Source: Balanoglossus misakiensis (Eukaryota > Animalia > Hemichordata). Taken from it: a stretch of 64,000 nucleotides of DNA. Below, piece after piece: positions 12,940 through 27,900 of the stretch. A program made the position numbers and the translations under genes. Each line of letters opens with the position of its first letter. The first letter of the stretch is position 1. The notes beneath the pieces are model-generated. The model was not told where the DNA came from. It was given only the letters and a program-made list of their open reading frames with translations, and searched no databases. Where the stretch lies: assembly GCA_040954595.2 (NCBI GenBank), contig CM082596.2, positions 2,075,854 to 2,139,853 on the forward strand, given 5' to 3'.

Positions 12940-15900
12940 GTAAGAATATGCACTTTAAGTGGGTTCATATGATCTGCGTAATCAAGAACACAGAACTCAT
13001 TGAATGACCCTCATGTATTGTGTTGTAAAAAATTACTTTCATTAGTAATTGTATTGGGACTCAGCTGTCAATTTGGAACTTTTTCTTTAACAAGTTAATA
13101 TCAACTTCTAAGTTTACAGATAACTGTATCCTCAAAGTGCTGTGAACAGTTTTTTTCCCCACCAGGCATTTCTGAATGTGATGAAACATAAATAATGATC
13201 TTTGACTGATCAAGTCAAGCTGGCATAAAATGAAGACATTGAAATACTTCCCATGGGAAGCCATAAAAGTACCTATAAAAAGTGCAATTGGAAATGTGCG
13301 TCAGTCAAAGAAAATGAATGATCCAGGTTTAAACCTGGCAGGAAACAGACTGCTTATATCGATACTGATCAAAAGTTGCCACAATTTCATGGAGATGTAA
13401 AAATGTATATTTTGTTTCCACCTTTGTGAGTGTGGTGTCCATTGATAGTCTGCAGTGTACCGTATTGCCAGTGTGAAAACTGAAACCCTCCTTGTCTTTT
13501 TCTTGGGGTCATGTCCTTTGTGTTTTCCTGTGATAAGACCAACTGTGTTGTGGCTGTGTCCCAATGATAATGTAAGTTTCCACTCTCAATATTTTAATTT
13601 CTGTAACACTACAAGCAGGAGCAGCTTTTTTACTTGGTAACACAAATTGTTCAATTTTGGCTATCATCCATAAGCGGGTGAAACAAACTACCCATGCCTG
13701 CTCTATCTCTTATAAATTGTAAGTTTAATTTCTCCCAAATCTTTGTGTACGTGCCTGTCACTGATATTCTCCACACTATTATTTAACCCTGTGTGAACTA
13801 AACATGAGTGAAACGTGTTTGTGCGACACTTTCTGAATTTAAATGAGAATTTCTTTTATCAAACAATGTAAGTTTGGAAAGTAAACATGGCAATATCAAA
13901 TATTGAAAGAATTAGCAGGAATTTGTTTGAACATGTCCTGAATAAGTGTAAAGAAACGTGGCCTTACTGAAATGACCAGACAATAGACATGCATAATTCA
14001 ATATGTATTGGATGATGTTTACAATAAAAATGATACAACAGAATTTTCTCTGATATTGTTTCTACATGTTACATGCTGAACTGGCATTATACTTTGTCAG
14101 TCAACGTTCTCAATTCTGTGACACATTCAAGGAAACAAAAATTCAGTTTAGAAAGTCAGTACATACATATATTGTGTTGATGTCCAAAATATCTCTCAAT
14201 GTTAACCTGTATTAGGATTTAACAAATTTACATTTGTTGATTTTATGTGAACACCGTGTGAATTTAAATCAGGGAAATGGCTGTATTTGCCATCAGTTAC
14301 TTTCAGAAATATCCCTTAACTCCTCAGTATGTGACTTTATTGTAAATAAGATGAGCATGACTTCAGTTTTGTCAAATTCTGGCTCTACTACTTCCCAGGC
14401 TTTGCACAAACTGATTTCCGTTCAGAGAGTACTTGATGGAGACAATGAGGTTTGGCTCTAGAGGGCGTCTATCTTGATGGAGACCACAGGTTCAGCCAGG
14501 CCAAAAGCACCATTCTTAGTACCCATCTAACTTTGTCAGTGATTCGCATCTGATGGCCCTAGGCTTCTACATTTGCATATTTACCCTATGTCTATATTTG
14601 GTGTCATCGTTTTGTGTTTCTGTTCGCGAGTGACTGATACGCCCGAGGACAATTACGATTCCCGCGACTCTTTTGTTTGATGTGCGTTTCTATTTCACAC
14701 CAGGTCGTCAATGAATCGCTGTTCTGTAATAGGTCAATGTGTTTGAATTCTCCGCATGTAGACTTTTGAAGAACGAAAAAAAGCTGAGATGCCCCGAGCG
14801 AAATGATCGCTCAGCCTGAGCGCCAGCTAGTCACTATGCAACGAGAAATAAAGTACAAATGACGGAACTTTGTAATACAAATTGAAAAGAGGGAAAATAT
14901 AAGTACAGACAGTGAAATAACAAAAAGGAAATTAAAGAAGGAAAAAGAGGTTGTCTCCTTCATTTGAATTTACTCAAAATAAATGGCTGTCTTGCTAAGA
15001 TTAGATCTGTGCTGTATGTGTCATGCTGGATAAGATTAGTTGATCACCACCATTAGTAAATTGCCATATGTGTCTGATCAGACAATACATTCTCCTCTCT
15101 GAGAGAAATATTGTCTAGTGGTTCAAAGTATATATAGTTTGATTATGTTGTTCTAGCTTTCTTGTACATTTCGTATTTTATTCTCTTTGCCAAGTGTTTT
15201 ATTGTCTCAACACAGTTTCTGTCTCTCTTGCTCTTCCTTCATCCCTCATCCTATCTCTCTGTGTGTCTCTGTGATAAAGTCTGTCTTTATACTTGAAAGT
15301 CAATGCCCTAAGACAAGCATGTATATCCCCAGTAAATGACGATTCTGATTGATGTGAACATTAAGTTCCCTTGGGAGCGGGTTTCCTTGTTGCTACGGTC
15401 AAAGTTCACTTTTAGGTCGTCTCTGTGTTGTCGTTCTATATCAAACCATAATAAGGCTATTTTTTTCAAGTATTAATGTCAAATTGGGAATGAAACCACG
15501 ATTTCATGTCTGAAGTCCTTCACATGGACACATGGAGTCTCCTGCAGTCAAGATTTTGTATACTGATTTATTTTCCAGAATCAGTCAATAACAAGATCAT
15601 CGTGGGTTCGAGGAAATTCTGCTTCGTTTTATTATTGATTTTTCTGTTCTTGAATGATATACTTTGAAGGGTATTCATGATGGATTTTCACCTTTCTTGG
15701 GGTGAACTTTCTTCAGAGACACATGGTTCCGTTCACATATGCCTTCTGGGTACGGACTGCGGTGCTTAAAAGGGATCTCTCAGCTGAATCAATTTGAACA
15801 TACATGTATACTTCAAGTTTCGCAACACATTGTACTCTGATAATCTCACCACGAATGTGTGACTCTATATATTGTAATTCGTAGTCCATTGGTTGTAACG

Positions 15901-18900
15901 CGTCAATGTTTTGGTTGTTCTGACAATTAAGCGTTTACGGTCAATCAGTAACTGCTTTGTGTTACTATACAATAGAAATCCCATCCCATTGTTGCCGTTG
16001 TTCACCCCTCTGCACCGAAATGGTATTGTCCAACTTTCCACTGGGAAAACCTATTAAATTTTTTTCCCTCCCCAATATTCCAATGTAATGATTTGTTAAT
16101 AGTTGTGATGGTCCACGTGTTATGTTGGGAGGCCCTAGCTTGTTGTTGTGGATGCTTGCCTGGGATTTAAAAAAAAGTTGAAAGATGTCCGTCTGCTCTT
16201 GGAAAGTGAACCACACTTGGCGGAATGATGAGGTAAGGTGACTTGGTTGTGGGGCAGAGACCTGGGAGGGTTTTCCGGGTTCTGTTGTGTGTATACGAGA
16301 GTCGCTGGTAGCCCTACCAGGCCATCTGTTGTTCACTGAACCATCAACGCATATCCAAAAATCCATAATTCACCATAACATGATTTTCTCTTAAAGTTCA
16401 CTTTTCTGTGATAAAAAAGTTCTGCGGTGAAAATATGAGAAAGGTGCTGTCAGAAACTGATGTTGGTAGTAGGACTGCAGAGTTTCCATTAGATGTGCGG
16501 CATGTTTGCCTCATTGAGTCTTTTGATTATATTCGCCATTCAATGGGTCAGTCTGCCTCCAACTCTTTTGTTAATCCTCACTTCTTTGTCATCACAGAAT
16601 TGAACAAAAGAATAGCAACAAAATTCTCTTCATCACCTCTGTGGGACGCATTTTTCCCGCGACAACATAAGATCTCGCTAAATGTACTTGAAAACCCTCA
16701 TGGATTTAGGATAATCTAGAGATTTTGGTCTTTTAATACCAATGGGCAGGTTTAACTCGTAGTCTAGACAGATGGCACATGACATAATGGGGAAATGGTG
16801 TGAAAAGATGGAAAATTGACATCAAATATTTATAAATCTCCTAATGGCTCAGACTGATTTTTTTTATAACAGTAAGTCCAATAACATTAAATGTAATGGG
16901 TGTCATTGAGTATAAAAGCTAAAAAGATAGCTTTATTTGTAGTTTTAAAGAAAGTTCAAAATTGAGTGTTAGTAAAATGTAGACCATATGAACAGATGAA
17001 AATCTAAAAATATATGTTTGTACTGTCCTTGGGGTATTTTTTCTTTGATATGCCAAAAATATAAAATGTGTGAAATTTAAGTCTTTCTGCTTCGTCAAGC
17101 CATAAAAGTAGTCACTTTTTCTCAAGGGACAAACATTTGTTCATGTAGCAATTATTTGCCTTCATTACTTGTCTTGTTAGGGTTCAACATTTACAGCTGT
17201 CGTAAAAAGTATAAGAAATGATTAAAATTGATGTTTTTTTGCACTAAGTTGATCAATGTAACGATTTTATTTTGTTGACTCTAATTTGTAAAATGTGCTG
17301 CGTTGATTGTGTGCGGAGGGCAATGATCATGTACGCTTTTAATTCAGTTCAATGTAAGATGCTCCATGTCATTGAACTGTGGCAGTAATTTGGAAAATTG
17401 ATATTTTGTTCACAAAATGTTTTGGCCATTAAAAGTTTACCCATCTCAAAAAGCATCAGCTGCAACTGAAATAATTTTTTTTCCTTAAGATTTTATCAGG
17501 AGAACGGCAAACACAGAAAATGTGACCTGCAAATAATTTGATTAGTTCACAGTCCCTGTGTGAGACTTAATCCCCGATTGTGGTCTTTTTATCAGCGCCG
17601 TTTCATGTCTCATGAAACATTAAATGAAAGTTCATTGGTTCGTTCAGCTGGATATGTTTGTAAATTGCCAGAAATTAGGTAATGCCCTGTGCTTTGTATT
17701 GAAAAGATACAGCGTTATTCGTTGATCACAGTGTTTGAGGCGAGAAGTGTTTTAGCAACAAAGGGCGTTTGTTTCGTTTATCTTTTTATTGTTTTGTATT
17801 GGGCTGTTCCACTGAAGGGGGGGGGGGGTCCCCCCGCTGTTTGATCCTCAGTTTCATTGAGCTTTGTAAATACAGGGGAAATGTTTTTGAAATGATATCA
17901 TTGCTTAAAAAAATAAAATTATCAATACATCCACTGTTTATTTAAATTAATGTAATTGGTACAAGGTACATATGAATATTTTTTTATAGATGATATTATG
18001 ACAAATAATATCATTGATGTATTTTTACAGAAGCAAAACACTTCGTAAAGTGCTAATAAAACCTAATAGAGCAATTGCCTTTATGTTGTGAGTTTGAGTG
18101 TGAAATTGAACTTGGTTTTGCCGTCTTTGCTTTTAGTAGAATTGACACTTCAATCACGAGCCAAGTGGGTTTTTTGGCCCCTGAGGCTAAAAAGTGCTTT
18201 CAGTGTTGCGTTGAAGAAAAACTGATCTGATTCATCTCGAGGTCTCCGTGAAAAGTGGGTAATAGCGGCTGTCAGTGAATTGATGGGTGCTGGCGCAGAT
18301 CAACAGTGTCAATATTGATTCAGGGCTATTGATTTTACTGGTTAATTTGGTCAGAGTAGTAGGGAGGGGGCTCAGGTGCAATTTACAACTGTTGTTCCTG
18401 TCAGAGTTTTGTAGTAGTGTGATCATGGACATCCATGGTGTGATGGAGATCGTGTTGTCCAGGTCAATAAAGGAAGGGTTGAGATCTATATACAAATCCG
18501 AAGTGAATCTTTACATGCAAAATAGAAAAAAATCATGCATCTCAGTCACTTTTGTGGAAGTGGCATACCTTATTAACCCAGATCACCTAAGCTGGCATAT
18601 CAGTTTGAAAAAAATCAACTAACAGTACTCTTTTGAAATTTACGGCATTGGTATCTGAAAGGTGTAGTCCTGTTTTCTGCAACAACTGCTCTGATGTTTC
18701 CACTGAGGGACCCATGTAATGCAGGTTCTGATATGGCATTGTTGATACATGCAAGAACCACGCTGTGCAAGATGACTGCAGATTTATCACTACTGCCTAT
18801 GCTGTGCTTCCAGCAGAGTGGTGCCTTTATATCTTCATATGCTTCACCAATTATTACACTACAGATAAGACCCCCTTTTGCTTGGATTGCACAGTCAATA

Positions 18901-21900
18901 TTCAGTCGGAAATTCAAAAAGTCATTCCCTACCCTCTTCCTTTCACTCGGATCGTACAGTAAATTCCATTGGGAAATCAAAAGTCGTCCTCGTAGCCCCT
19001 CTGATGAAAGGCCAGAAGTCTTGAAAGGAACTTGCTTTGCTCTCGGTGCACTAATGATGTCCTTGTTAGAGCTCTCCTCTCAACTTCGAATGAGAATTCA
19101 TTGTCCGGCCAAATATCAGAAGTGTAAAGGGTTCACCAGATGTGTGGTGAGATTTTATTGGACCTTGTACTGACACTGCATGAGTCTTCTGTTGAAAGCC
19201 AAGTGAAGCTACATGTATTATCATAGAAAACTTATGACCACATAATATTGATACTACCATGTGGAGAATTTCACAAGTTATTGTGATCATCTCCAGTCCT
19301 GCAACATGGCTCAATCGATCCCCAGTTTGTTCACTATGATTTGGTTGGTTGAAATATTTGAGGAAAATCTCAGTGTAGTGTGTAAAACAGAGAATTACTA
19401 TCATTAAAATCATGCCACCCAAATGTTGGCTAACTCATCAAAAATATAGCCGAAGTCTTCAGTGACTGGCAGAGGTGATAGTGTGATATAAAGTAGGTAC
19501 ATCTGTCACAAAAGCATGTCTAGTTAGCATTGTTAGTGAAATACGGTGTCTGCCAAACGTGTAACACAGCTTGTGCTCATTTGTGTGATATTAGCATCAC
19601 TTCTGACAATGTGTGAGTAGACATGAGAAGGTTGTTAGACACACAGAGTCATTTGGAGTGAGGACAAAGGGTGGGTGTGATTGTGTTCCCAAAGGCAAGG
19701 GAGTGTTCAGTTGTCAAGGTAGGGGGAGGGCTGGAAAGTTAGTGAAAGAGGTATTCATCTGAGGTGGACAATATGTGCTTGTGTCAAACTTGTTCTCTGT
19801 TTCTGTAAGAATACATGCAACACAACACAACACAACACAACACAACACAACACAACACAACACAATCTTGAATCTCTGTTCAACACTCACAATGTGTATT
19901 ATTGGCAAAGTGTCCCTTTATTCCACACTCGCCGCAATTGAGGGGAGTGATTTTTGACCAAATATGGCAGTGACTGGCAAATTTGGTCTGGGCAAAAGAA
20001 ATTCTTTATTAATGAAATCATTGCAGATTCGTGTATGAAAAATGACTCATTTTATCCCACACCATTGTATTGTAGTACTATAATAGAATTATGCAAACAA
20101 TACCCGTACCTTGATGTGTATTCTAACTGTCTGAGTCATTTCAATTCACATCACACTCCTCCAAAAATGAGTAATTATGAAAATTATACATACCTACCGA
20201 GCAGGTCCCTAAATCACAAAACATTAAATTGGTCTCTGAAAATTTGATACGTTTATTGAATGAGTTAGTGTATTGTGTTTCTGATACAAAATGCAAACAC
20301 AGTATTGAAGAGTTTTTTCTAATTTGTGTGAGAGGTAGGTAGCTAGAGGCTGATTTTTTATCTGGCTGTTTGGATAAAATTGATTTGTACACTGAACCCT
20401 GTTTAACTGTACATCATGCTGCCAATCTAGTAGTATCAGTACATTTCCAATATCCTACTTAAAGAACTTGTCTCTGTTTTTTGAAGTTTTCTCCCATCAT
20501 TGTCCGTTTTAAACAGGTTCATTTTAAACGTGGCTTTGGCAAATTTTATAATTGAAATTTCTGTCTCTGTTTTCTTGTAGGAGTACATGGATAAGAAGAT
20601 AGATGAACTCAGTCGGCAGCTTCAAGAAGAAAAACAAAATACAAGAAGGTAAGAATCTTCTCTATTGAGGGCGCTTCACATTCTTTAAGTACTTGTTTGA
20701 AGGTGTTTAGCAAAAATTTTCAGTTCAGTGTTTCAAATGGAAATGGATGTGTGTGCATGAAAGTTATGTGTAAAATTTTAGTATGTGTGCGTGACTGTGT
20801 GTATATGTGCATGTGTACCTTCTTGCCTACTGCTCTTTTGTATGGATTGTACAGTTCTTGTGTTTAACTAGTGACACAAATCAAAAAGTTCACCCGGCCA
20901 GATTCCCGTTCTTAAAAATGATTCCAATTGTCTGCAGAAACCTTTTTGAGAATAAAACTATTGATGGAGAACAACGATACAGGTGGATGCGAAAGCGCAC
21001 AGCAGATAAAATGAACATGCATCAGTTCCAGAATGTCTCTTTATCTCATTTGTCGCCGTTACTATTTTAAAAAGCACAAGGAGGAGGTTGTCATAACAAC
21101 AGAGTGCATTCCGCTGTCTGCTAGGGATGAAGTGTTGTTCATCTGTGGTAACAGATGGATGATGCTTAAATAAGCTTGGAGTAGCATCTTCAAAGCAAAT
21201 AGATCAATTTATCAGACAGAAGTGAAGGTGATCATGATTTTATTGTGATGATGAAGTACCTGAAATGTAACCAGGTCACTCCTGTATTGTCTCTCTGTGG
21301 CTGATTATCCAAGTAAGTTCTTGGTGGAACAGATATACAATTGGTTCCTTACATCTGTTTCAGTGTATACTTCATTAATTTATATATGCATATCTTATTC
21401 TACAATTCCTGAAAGTCCTACTAGATGGATGATGTTTCCTTGATGTGATATATTCCTTGGGAAACTCTACAAATGCTGGAACCCCCAATAGATTCTATAA
21501 AACGTTCCTTGTTTCCCAGCCAGGGCAAAAATGCCGGATATTAGAAAAATGACATGCATGGATTCTTGAAAATACGTGCTACTAAGTAATTGCCTTGGAG
21601 GTATATCCTTGTTAGAAATGTTCAGACTATTGGCTGATAACAGATGGGGGAAAACTTTGAAAACACTTCTTGGGTTTCATGTCTGGCAACCATTTGTGAT
21701 TTTTTTTTCAAATTTAAGCAAATGCAGTCTGTTCGCATACATAGTGAAACTGAAGTGATTTCGAGATGTATTCTGCAATAACTGAATTTCTTTTTAGAAT
21801 TATTGCAGTAATTTAAAATTTGAATATTTCCGCTACTGGCATACACCACCTCATATAATTTCCAAATAAATGTCAAGACATCAAAACCAAAGTGTTGGAA

Positions 21901-24900
21901 TGCCAATTTGGATAATTTCTTCTGATACGTGTTTCCAAATTATTTTTTTCCCATTCAGTAATATGCAATCCGAGGCATACAAGCTATCTTTAGAGAGGAA
22001 TTCATAATGTGAGGCAATTTGGCATGTTTCATATTGGCAATGGGGTAATTTTATATCCATTAGCGGTTCAGTATCAATCAATGTGGGAAGAAAATTACAT
22101 AACTGGGAGACAGCTTGAGAGCCTGAAATATGGTATCGATACATAAATTAAATAGAACTAAGAAGGAGTTTGCACTGGTCTGGATATGATTGATAGTCAA
22201 TTCTTATAGTAGCAGCTTTTTTGCTCTTTGATAGAAGTGCATAATTAATCTAAAATCCATGGATAGGATATGTAAGAAAACAATATTTGCACTTTCCAAG
22301 TAATTCACTTATTTTGTGATATATTCATTCAATATTTGCTAAAATTCGAATATTCTTCTAATGTTCTATCTTGTTCTTTTGATCTCTAAACTGTACGTTG
22401 CACATCTTCACTCAAAGAGCACTCAAGAAATTCAGAGAGCGGTATTGCTTTGAACAGCCAAAACAAAGGGAATCGTTTGTATTTTAGACAGGGAGGATGG
22501 ATGCTAAAATGAAGAGCTTGAATTGCGAGTTGGGCTCAGTCGTCAGCCAATCAGGTAGCTGGGTGACGGTGAACGGGGTTGGTGGCTGGTCGGAAACGCA
22601 TCGCAGCGGCAGTATGAATGATATAGTGTGATACGTTCAGTGATAGAATTCATTCATTCATTCATGAAGATCTGGCGCTATATTGGGAAAATGTAGTCGG
22701 CGCGAAGGTTCTCTGCCGTGGTGGTATTTAAAAAAAAAACTGCCGCTGAAAGTGACAGGCTATCGGGAATGTCTTCCTCAGTGTGTCATTGCTGCCTGAG
22801 ATGCTTAGCTGCAACTTCACACTAATGACATGGCTGAAGACAGGTGAGAAAGTTGTCTTGGTTAATTCGGTCACATCTCGTTAACGATGCCTCATCTTGG
22901 AAAATACTTTCAACTCAACTTTTGTGGTCACTTCTTATGTGGAAGTAAAATTTAACATTTATTTATCTGTAAAACACTTCGACAAAAACGGTCTGACAAA
23001 ATGATAAAAATTTCAAATTACTAAAATTTTGGTGTATTGATGCAATTTTTGGAAGAGAATGCACATTGTCTGTGAATGATGAATTTGATGGAAGATAGAT
23101 GTGCATATTTAAAGCACACTTTTTCCATTTTGTCATTTTAGTGATAATTGCATGGCTTACGCATGAGTCACATCTCTGCGTTCTGGATCTCAGCAGAACT
23201 AAATCTAAACTTTTACATTCAATGGCATTCAATTCTCTTTGCGTAAAAGTGAATTAATGAAATATTCCACTGGATATTCAAAAATTTCAACATAAAAGGG
23301 AAAAAATGCAACACATGTAAGCCATAATTTTGATCTTATGTATCAGAAATGATAACATCACTTCATTTGCATATCTATTTTATGATTGAATGAAAATCAT
23401 GAATGAATATTTCACGAAAGCTTAAAGGTATAATCGGCTCAACAATCAGAATTGTACACACATGTAGATATGAATGTACTTTGTGATGTTGTGTCTGTCT
23501 GAGAAATGTATTTTGTATACATCGCATGTTAGAATCTAGTCTTTCTCATCTCTTGCATTGTTCCAAGCCCATAAAATTTAGAACTGCCCAATGAATTACA
23601 AACTTTAAATTGATTTTATCAAGCTCAGAGTCATAAAAATATTAGCTTTTTTATATTCAACCTAATTAAATATTGAAGACGCCACAATGCTTGGATTTAA
23701 TTAAATCAGTTACTGTCGCTCTTTGTTTTGACTTTGAGTCATCAAATTCATGTCTGTGTCTTTTGAGAGTTTTCTCCAGAATTTGGAAAACGTTCTTGTG
23801 AAAATGAGCAGTTTTGCTGAAAATATCTCTTTATAATTGCGAAAATTTAGCAAATTTTAACAAACTTGTGGTTAGTGCTTCTTGATTTTTTAAATGTAAA
23901 ATGACAAAAGGTTGACATTCATTGTTTTGTAGATAGAGTCCATTTCATCAAATTATGCTCGTAGCCCACTTGAGAATTTGTAATAGGATTTACTTAGATC
24001 ACCAGTGTTGCCATAATTTTGATTAATTTCGTAAAATTTTAGGCTTCTAATTCCGCTAAAATGCAACCGACCTTGAGAGTTGACCGATTTCCCCAACGTG
24101 GACAATGACATCAGCAGCTTGCTGTAATTACTGCATGCTGCGTGAATGAAATATCGAAAGAGTATTGTTGTAAAGGCAATAATCCAACTGGCATTGACAT
24201 TGTGAGTAGCATTTCTAACCATGTTTATCTTTCACGATGAAAGGAAAAGGCACCATTGTTCAAAGCTTGCTTTAGAATTTCATGCATATATAAGTAAGGT
24301 TTTGGTCGCCAATTATAGATATGATTTTTGGAAAAGCAATCAGGTAACCCCTAGAAACGTATCCTTCAGAAGCTGTTGAGAGCAATCCAAGCTGCACATT
24401 GACAACCAACGGAAACAGAACATTTTTAATTGTCATGCATAAGTGGTAAAAATGCAATTTGATTATGATTGTAATAAAATCATGAATTTTTAGCACATAT
24501 GCATACAAAAGCTTGCTTCTATAGAAAGACATATACTGGCATTCACCTATTAAAAAATTAAACTATTGTCAAACACGCCGTATGTAATAATAAACTTAAA
24601 TTTTATGGGATTCAAACTCGATTCAGCACCTTCTGTTCAACATTATCCTGTTAAATAGCTTTTGGCCAAACAACACTAAACTTGAAAAACTCAGAGGTCT
24701 ACTAAGTGAAAATCGTGAAATTACCAGTGCTGTTTGAATTCTTGCCACTTCTACTGATGCATGCTGGGATTGAATATGTAAGGCTAGCTTTTATTTGTCA
24801 GAAGTTGTTATGTTTATATTATTGATAACGCACTACTGGTTATTTATAGAACTTTTAAAGTCCTGTATGTTCTTGGTCCATGTACACATGTTTATGTAAA

Positions 24901-27900
24901 GTGTTGGTCAAATTAAGATTCTATCATCGCGTTTTCATAAAACAAATGTGCAAATGAATATTTCAATTTCAGCTACGTTGTGTGCTCAAGGAATGACATT
25001 GTCTAGCCTGATATGCAGAAAATGCTGAATAAGTATTTGCACTGGACAGACTGAAAAAGGCGATACAGTTTTACAAATAATCAAAGAGAAAAGTAAACAT
25101 TCTCATGTTAACTATCGATTGAAACAGAATTAGGCTGTGAACACATTCATTTACAAATCTATAGCCGTAATGCTGTACTTCAAGCATTTGTGTTTTTTCA
25201 ACACAAACATTTAGGAAGGCAATTTACAACTGAACGTGTTCAGTTTGGGTTATATAAAGCCAGGGTGAAGGATGTTTAATATATTTAGAAATGTAATGTA
25301 GAATGAAAGAGTAACAAACAAGCCAACATCAGTATTCATCAGCGAGTGATTCATCCAACTGTATAAATTTAGCTTCTTTTGCTCATAAGTCAGAATAAAT
25401 ATCATAAACAGTCATGACATTAATATGTCTCATTTACCATATATGCCCCATTTAGTTCATTATTTAATGTTTTCTGGATTTTCAAATTATTGATCTTTAA
25501 CTGCTATTAATACAGCTGGTTGCGAGAATGAAACTCAATAAACGCTTTGGGAGTACATGTGTGTAAATTCTTTCTTCCCTTCGTCGAATATGAGAAACAT
25601 ATTTTGTGATTTATGAGGTTAGTTGTGTGATATTCGAAGCTCTTGAACAGGTTTGAAACTTAAATGTCATAATAGCGTATTGAGGTTAATATTCGTGAGA
25701 ATTCAAGTCGATCTCCAAAGATGAGATTTTGTCAGCATGCAGTATGTGGCAATTATTAAGGCTTGCATTCATTGTACATGACAGGGAGAGAAACTCATTG
25801 ATTGGTACATGACAATGCCACACTCTGTTCTTGACGGCTAGCACAAAACATTGTGAGAAAAAATGATGCCGCCGCAGAGGATGAAAAAAAAGAACTGAGC
25901 ACATTTATTCAGCTTAAACAAGACTGATATCCCAGAGCAGTGTGAATTACAGCGGCAATGCCGACAAGATTTGCTTTGCAATTCAGATATCATCTTCTTG
26001 ATTGAAAGGCCAGCAGCTACAGGAATTTTTTGTGCGAGTCTCAACTCATCAGGTCTGGTTTTTAAGTTTATTTGAGGTGAACAAATCTGTCGGCACATTC
26101 TTTTTACTTTGCTGTGCTTTAGACTTTTGTCATCTTTTCACAGCTATTCAACTTATAAAAAGTCCCAGAATTCCTCTGGGTGTTCTGAAATGCAGATATC
26201 ATGTCTCAATAAAGAATGCTCAACAAAGTGACATTGGCTGTGATTGGTTGCCAGGTCCAACTGGCATGACGGGACCAGCCTCATTGTGATACCATACATT
26301 GTGCCTTTTAATTTCAACAAGATTGTTGAAAAAATATGACCAGTAAAAGAAAGTGTAACATTGTGTCTCTTTATAAATAATAGAGCACATACAATGTAGC
26401 AAATTGCTATAATTACAGTTTGTGAGAGGAAGTTCATCGATACCATCCGACAGGAGAGAATTCCATAAGCTGTAGATGGTGGTCTTTTTTCCTAGCGATA
26501 AATAAGCAAAAACTATATTTAAAAAATATAATTTAGCAATTTGAGGATATACATGATTGAACTTTAGGTTGTGATGCATGTGCATATTAATTTTAAGTCC
26601 ATAGACTTTGAAAGAAATGAAAAGCAGTGAAATTACATGTACCTGATAGCAGAGCTCAAATATATGAAATCAGATAGCTTGATGAGACCCTACATGTAAT
26701 AGTATGAATGTAATATACCTTGATTTGTCAAATTGTAAAAATCAGCCAAAGTATCGCCTGGCAGGCCTGCAGCACAATTCTTGACGATTCATTTTGTCAT
26801 GTAGGAACTTATGAAATATGAGACAAAAACTGCAAGTACGAGTAATTTCAGCAACAGTTTTTGAGAAGGGACGTCAGTATTTTCTTACATGTTTGTTAAT
26901 ACGCTAAAATGATTTCTGAGCTGCCTTTATTAGTCTTGACTGTCAGATGTAGATGTATAACCATTATTTTTCCGATAGGTGTCCAGAAAGTACAGAAGTC
27001 TGTCTGAGTTAAATGGCATTCTGTATAGAATCAGGGCTGCTGAAATAATAATGTAGGGTAATTATAATCAGTAATATTGGCTTTTCCATACTCCAGGATG
27101 GACACACTTTGCGTGTGTAATCAGGTGTTGAAACTTTCAGGCCAGTGTCTGTTGAGTTTGTTTCGAAATCCTACTGGCATGACACAGCAGGTGATCAAGG
27201 CACTCACTCTGAAACTATTACTGAGATTATTGTCAATGTATAGTGGTAGCACTAACTATCACGGGGCATGGGGTGTGGTGGTTGTGCTTGATGGGTGGTA
27301 TAAAATGTTAAATTTTCATGATTTACGAGCTTTGTTTGCCGCGACGTGCCACATTAGGACTGTAAGTCGTATTTTCAGAATAAGGATCATGACTAATGCA
27401 TTTATGAATTATTAGGTAGATCAGTCATCTTGGCCCAGTTCATCAATTACAATACCAGTACTGGTGTATTTTATATCTGTTCATTATTTTGCAATTTAAG
27501 CTATACTCTCACAGAAGGAAGCAGAATGTTGCCGTGAAAGGAATGAAATTGCAATAATTTGATAATGTTGGAACCTTTTCAACTTTCTAATTTTAGAGAA
27601 ATATAACGTGGTCCAACATGAGCCAATATACAAAGCATTGATATTTTACGAAATGGGTGCAGGTACTTTTGTGCAGGGACTGGATATCATTGCAATTTGT
27701 AGTTTTTTCCGTGAATTTCAGAGCAGTTTCCTGTCATGTTGTCTAATTTTCAGACATCCATCTTTTATCACCTGTGTTCTGACACCTTCTCTTTATTCCC
27801 AGTTGAGGATTACAGATAATGACAAAGTTTTCCTCCGTAGCTGTTATTATGACAACACATTAAGTTTAAATACAATACGTACCTGCACATGTAAAGCTCT

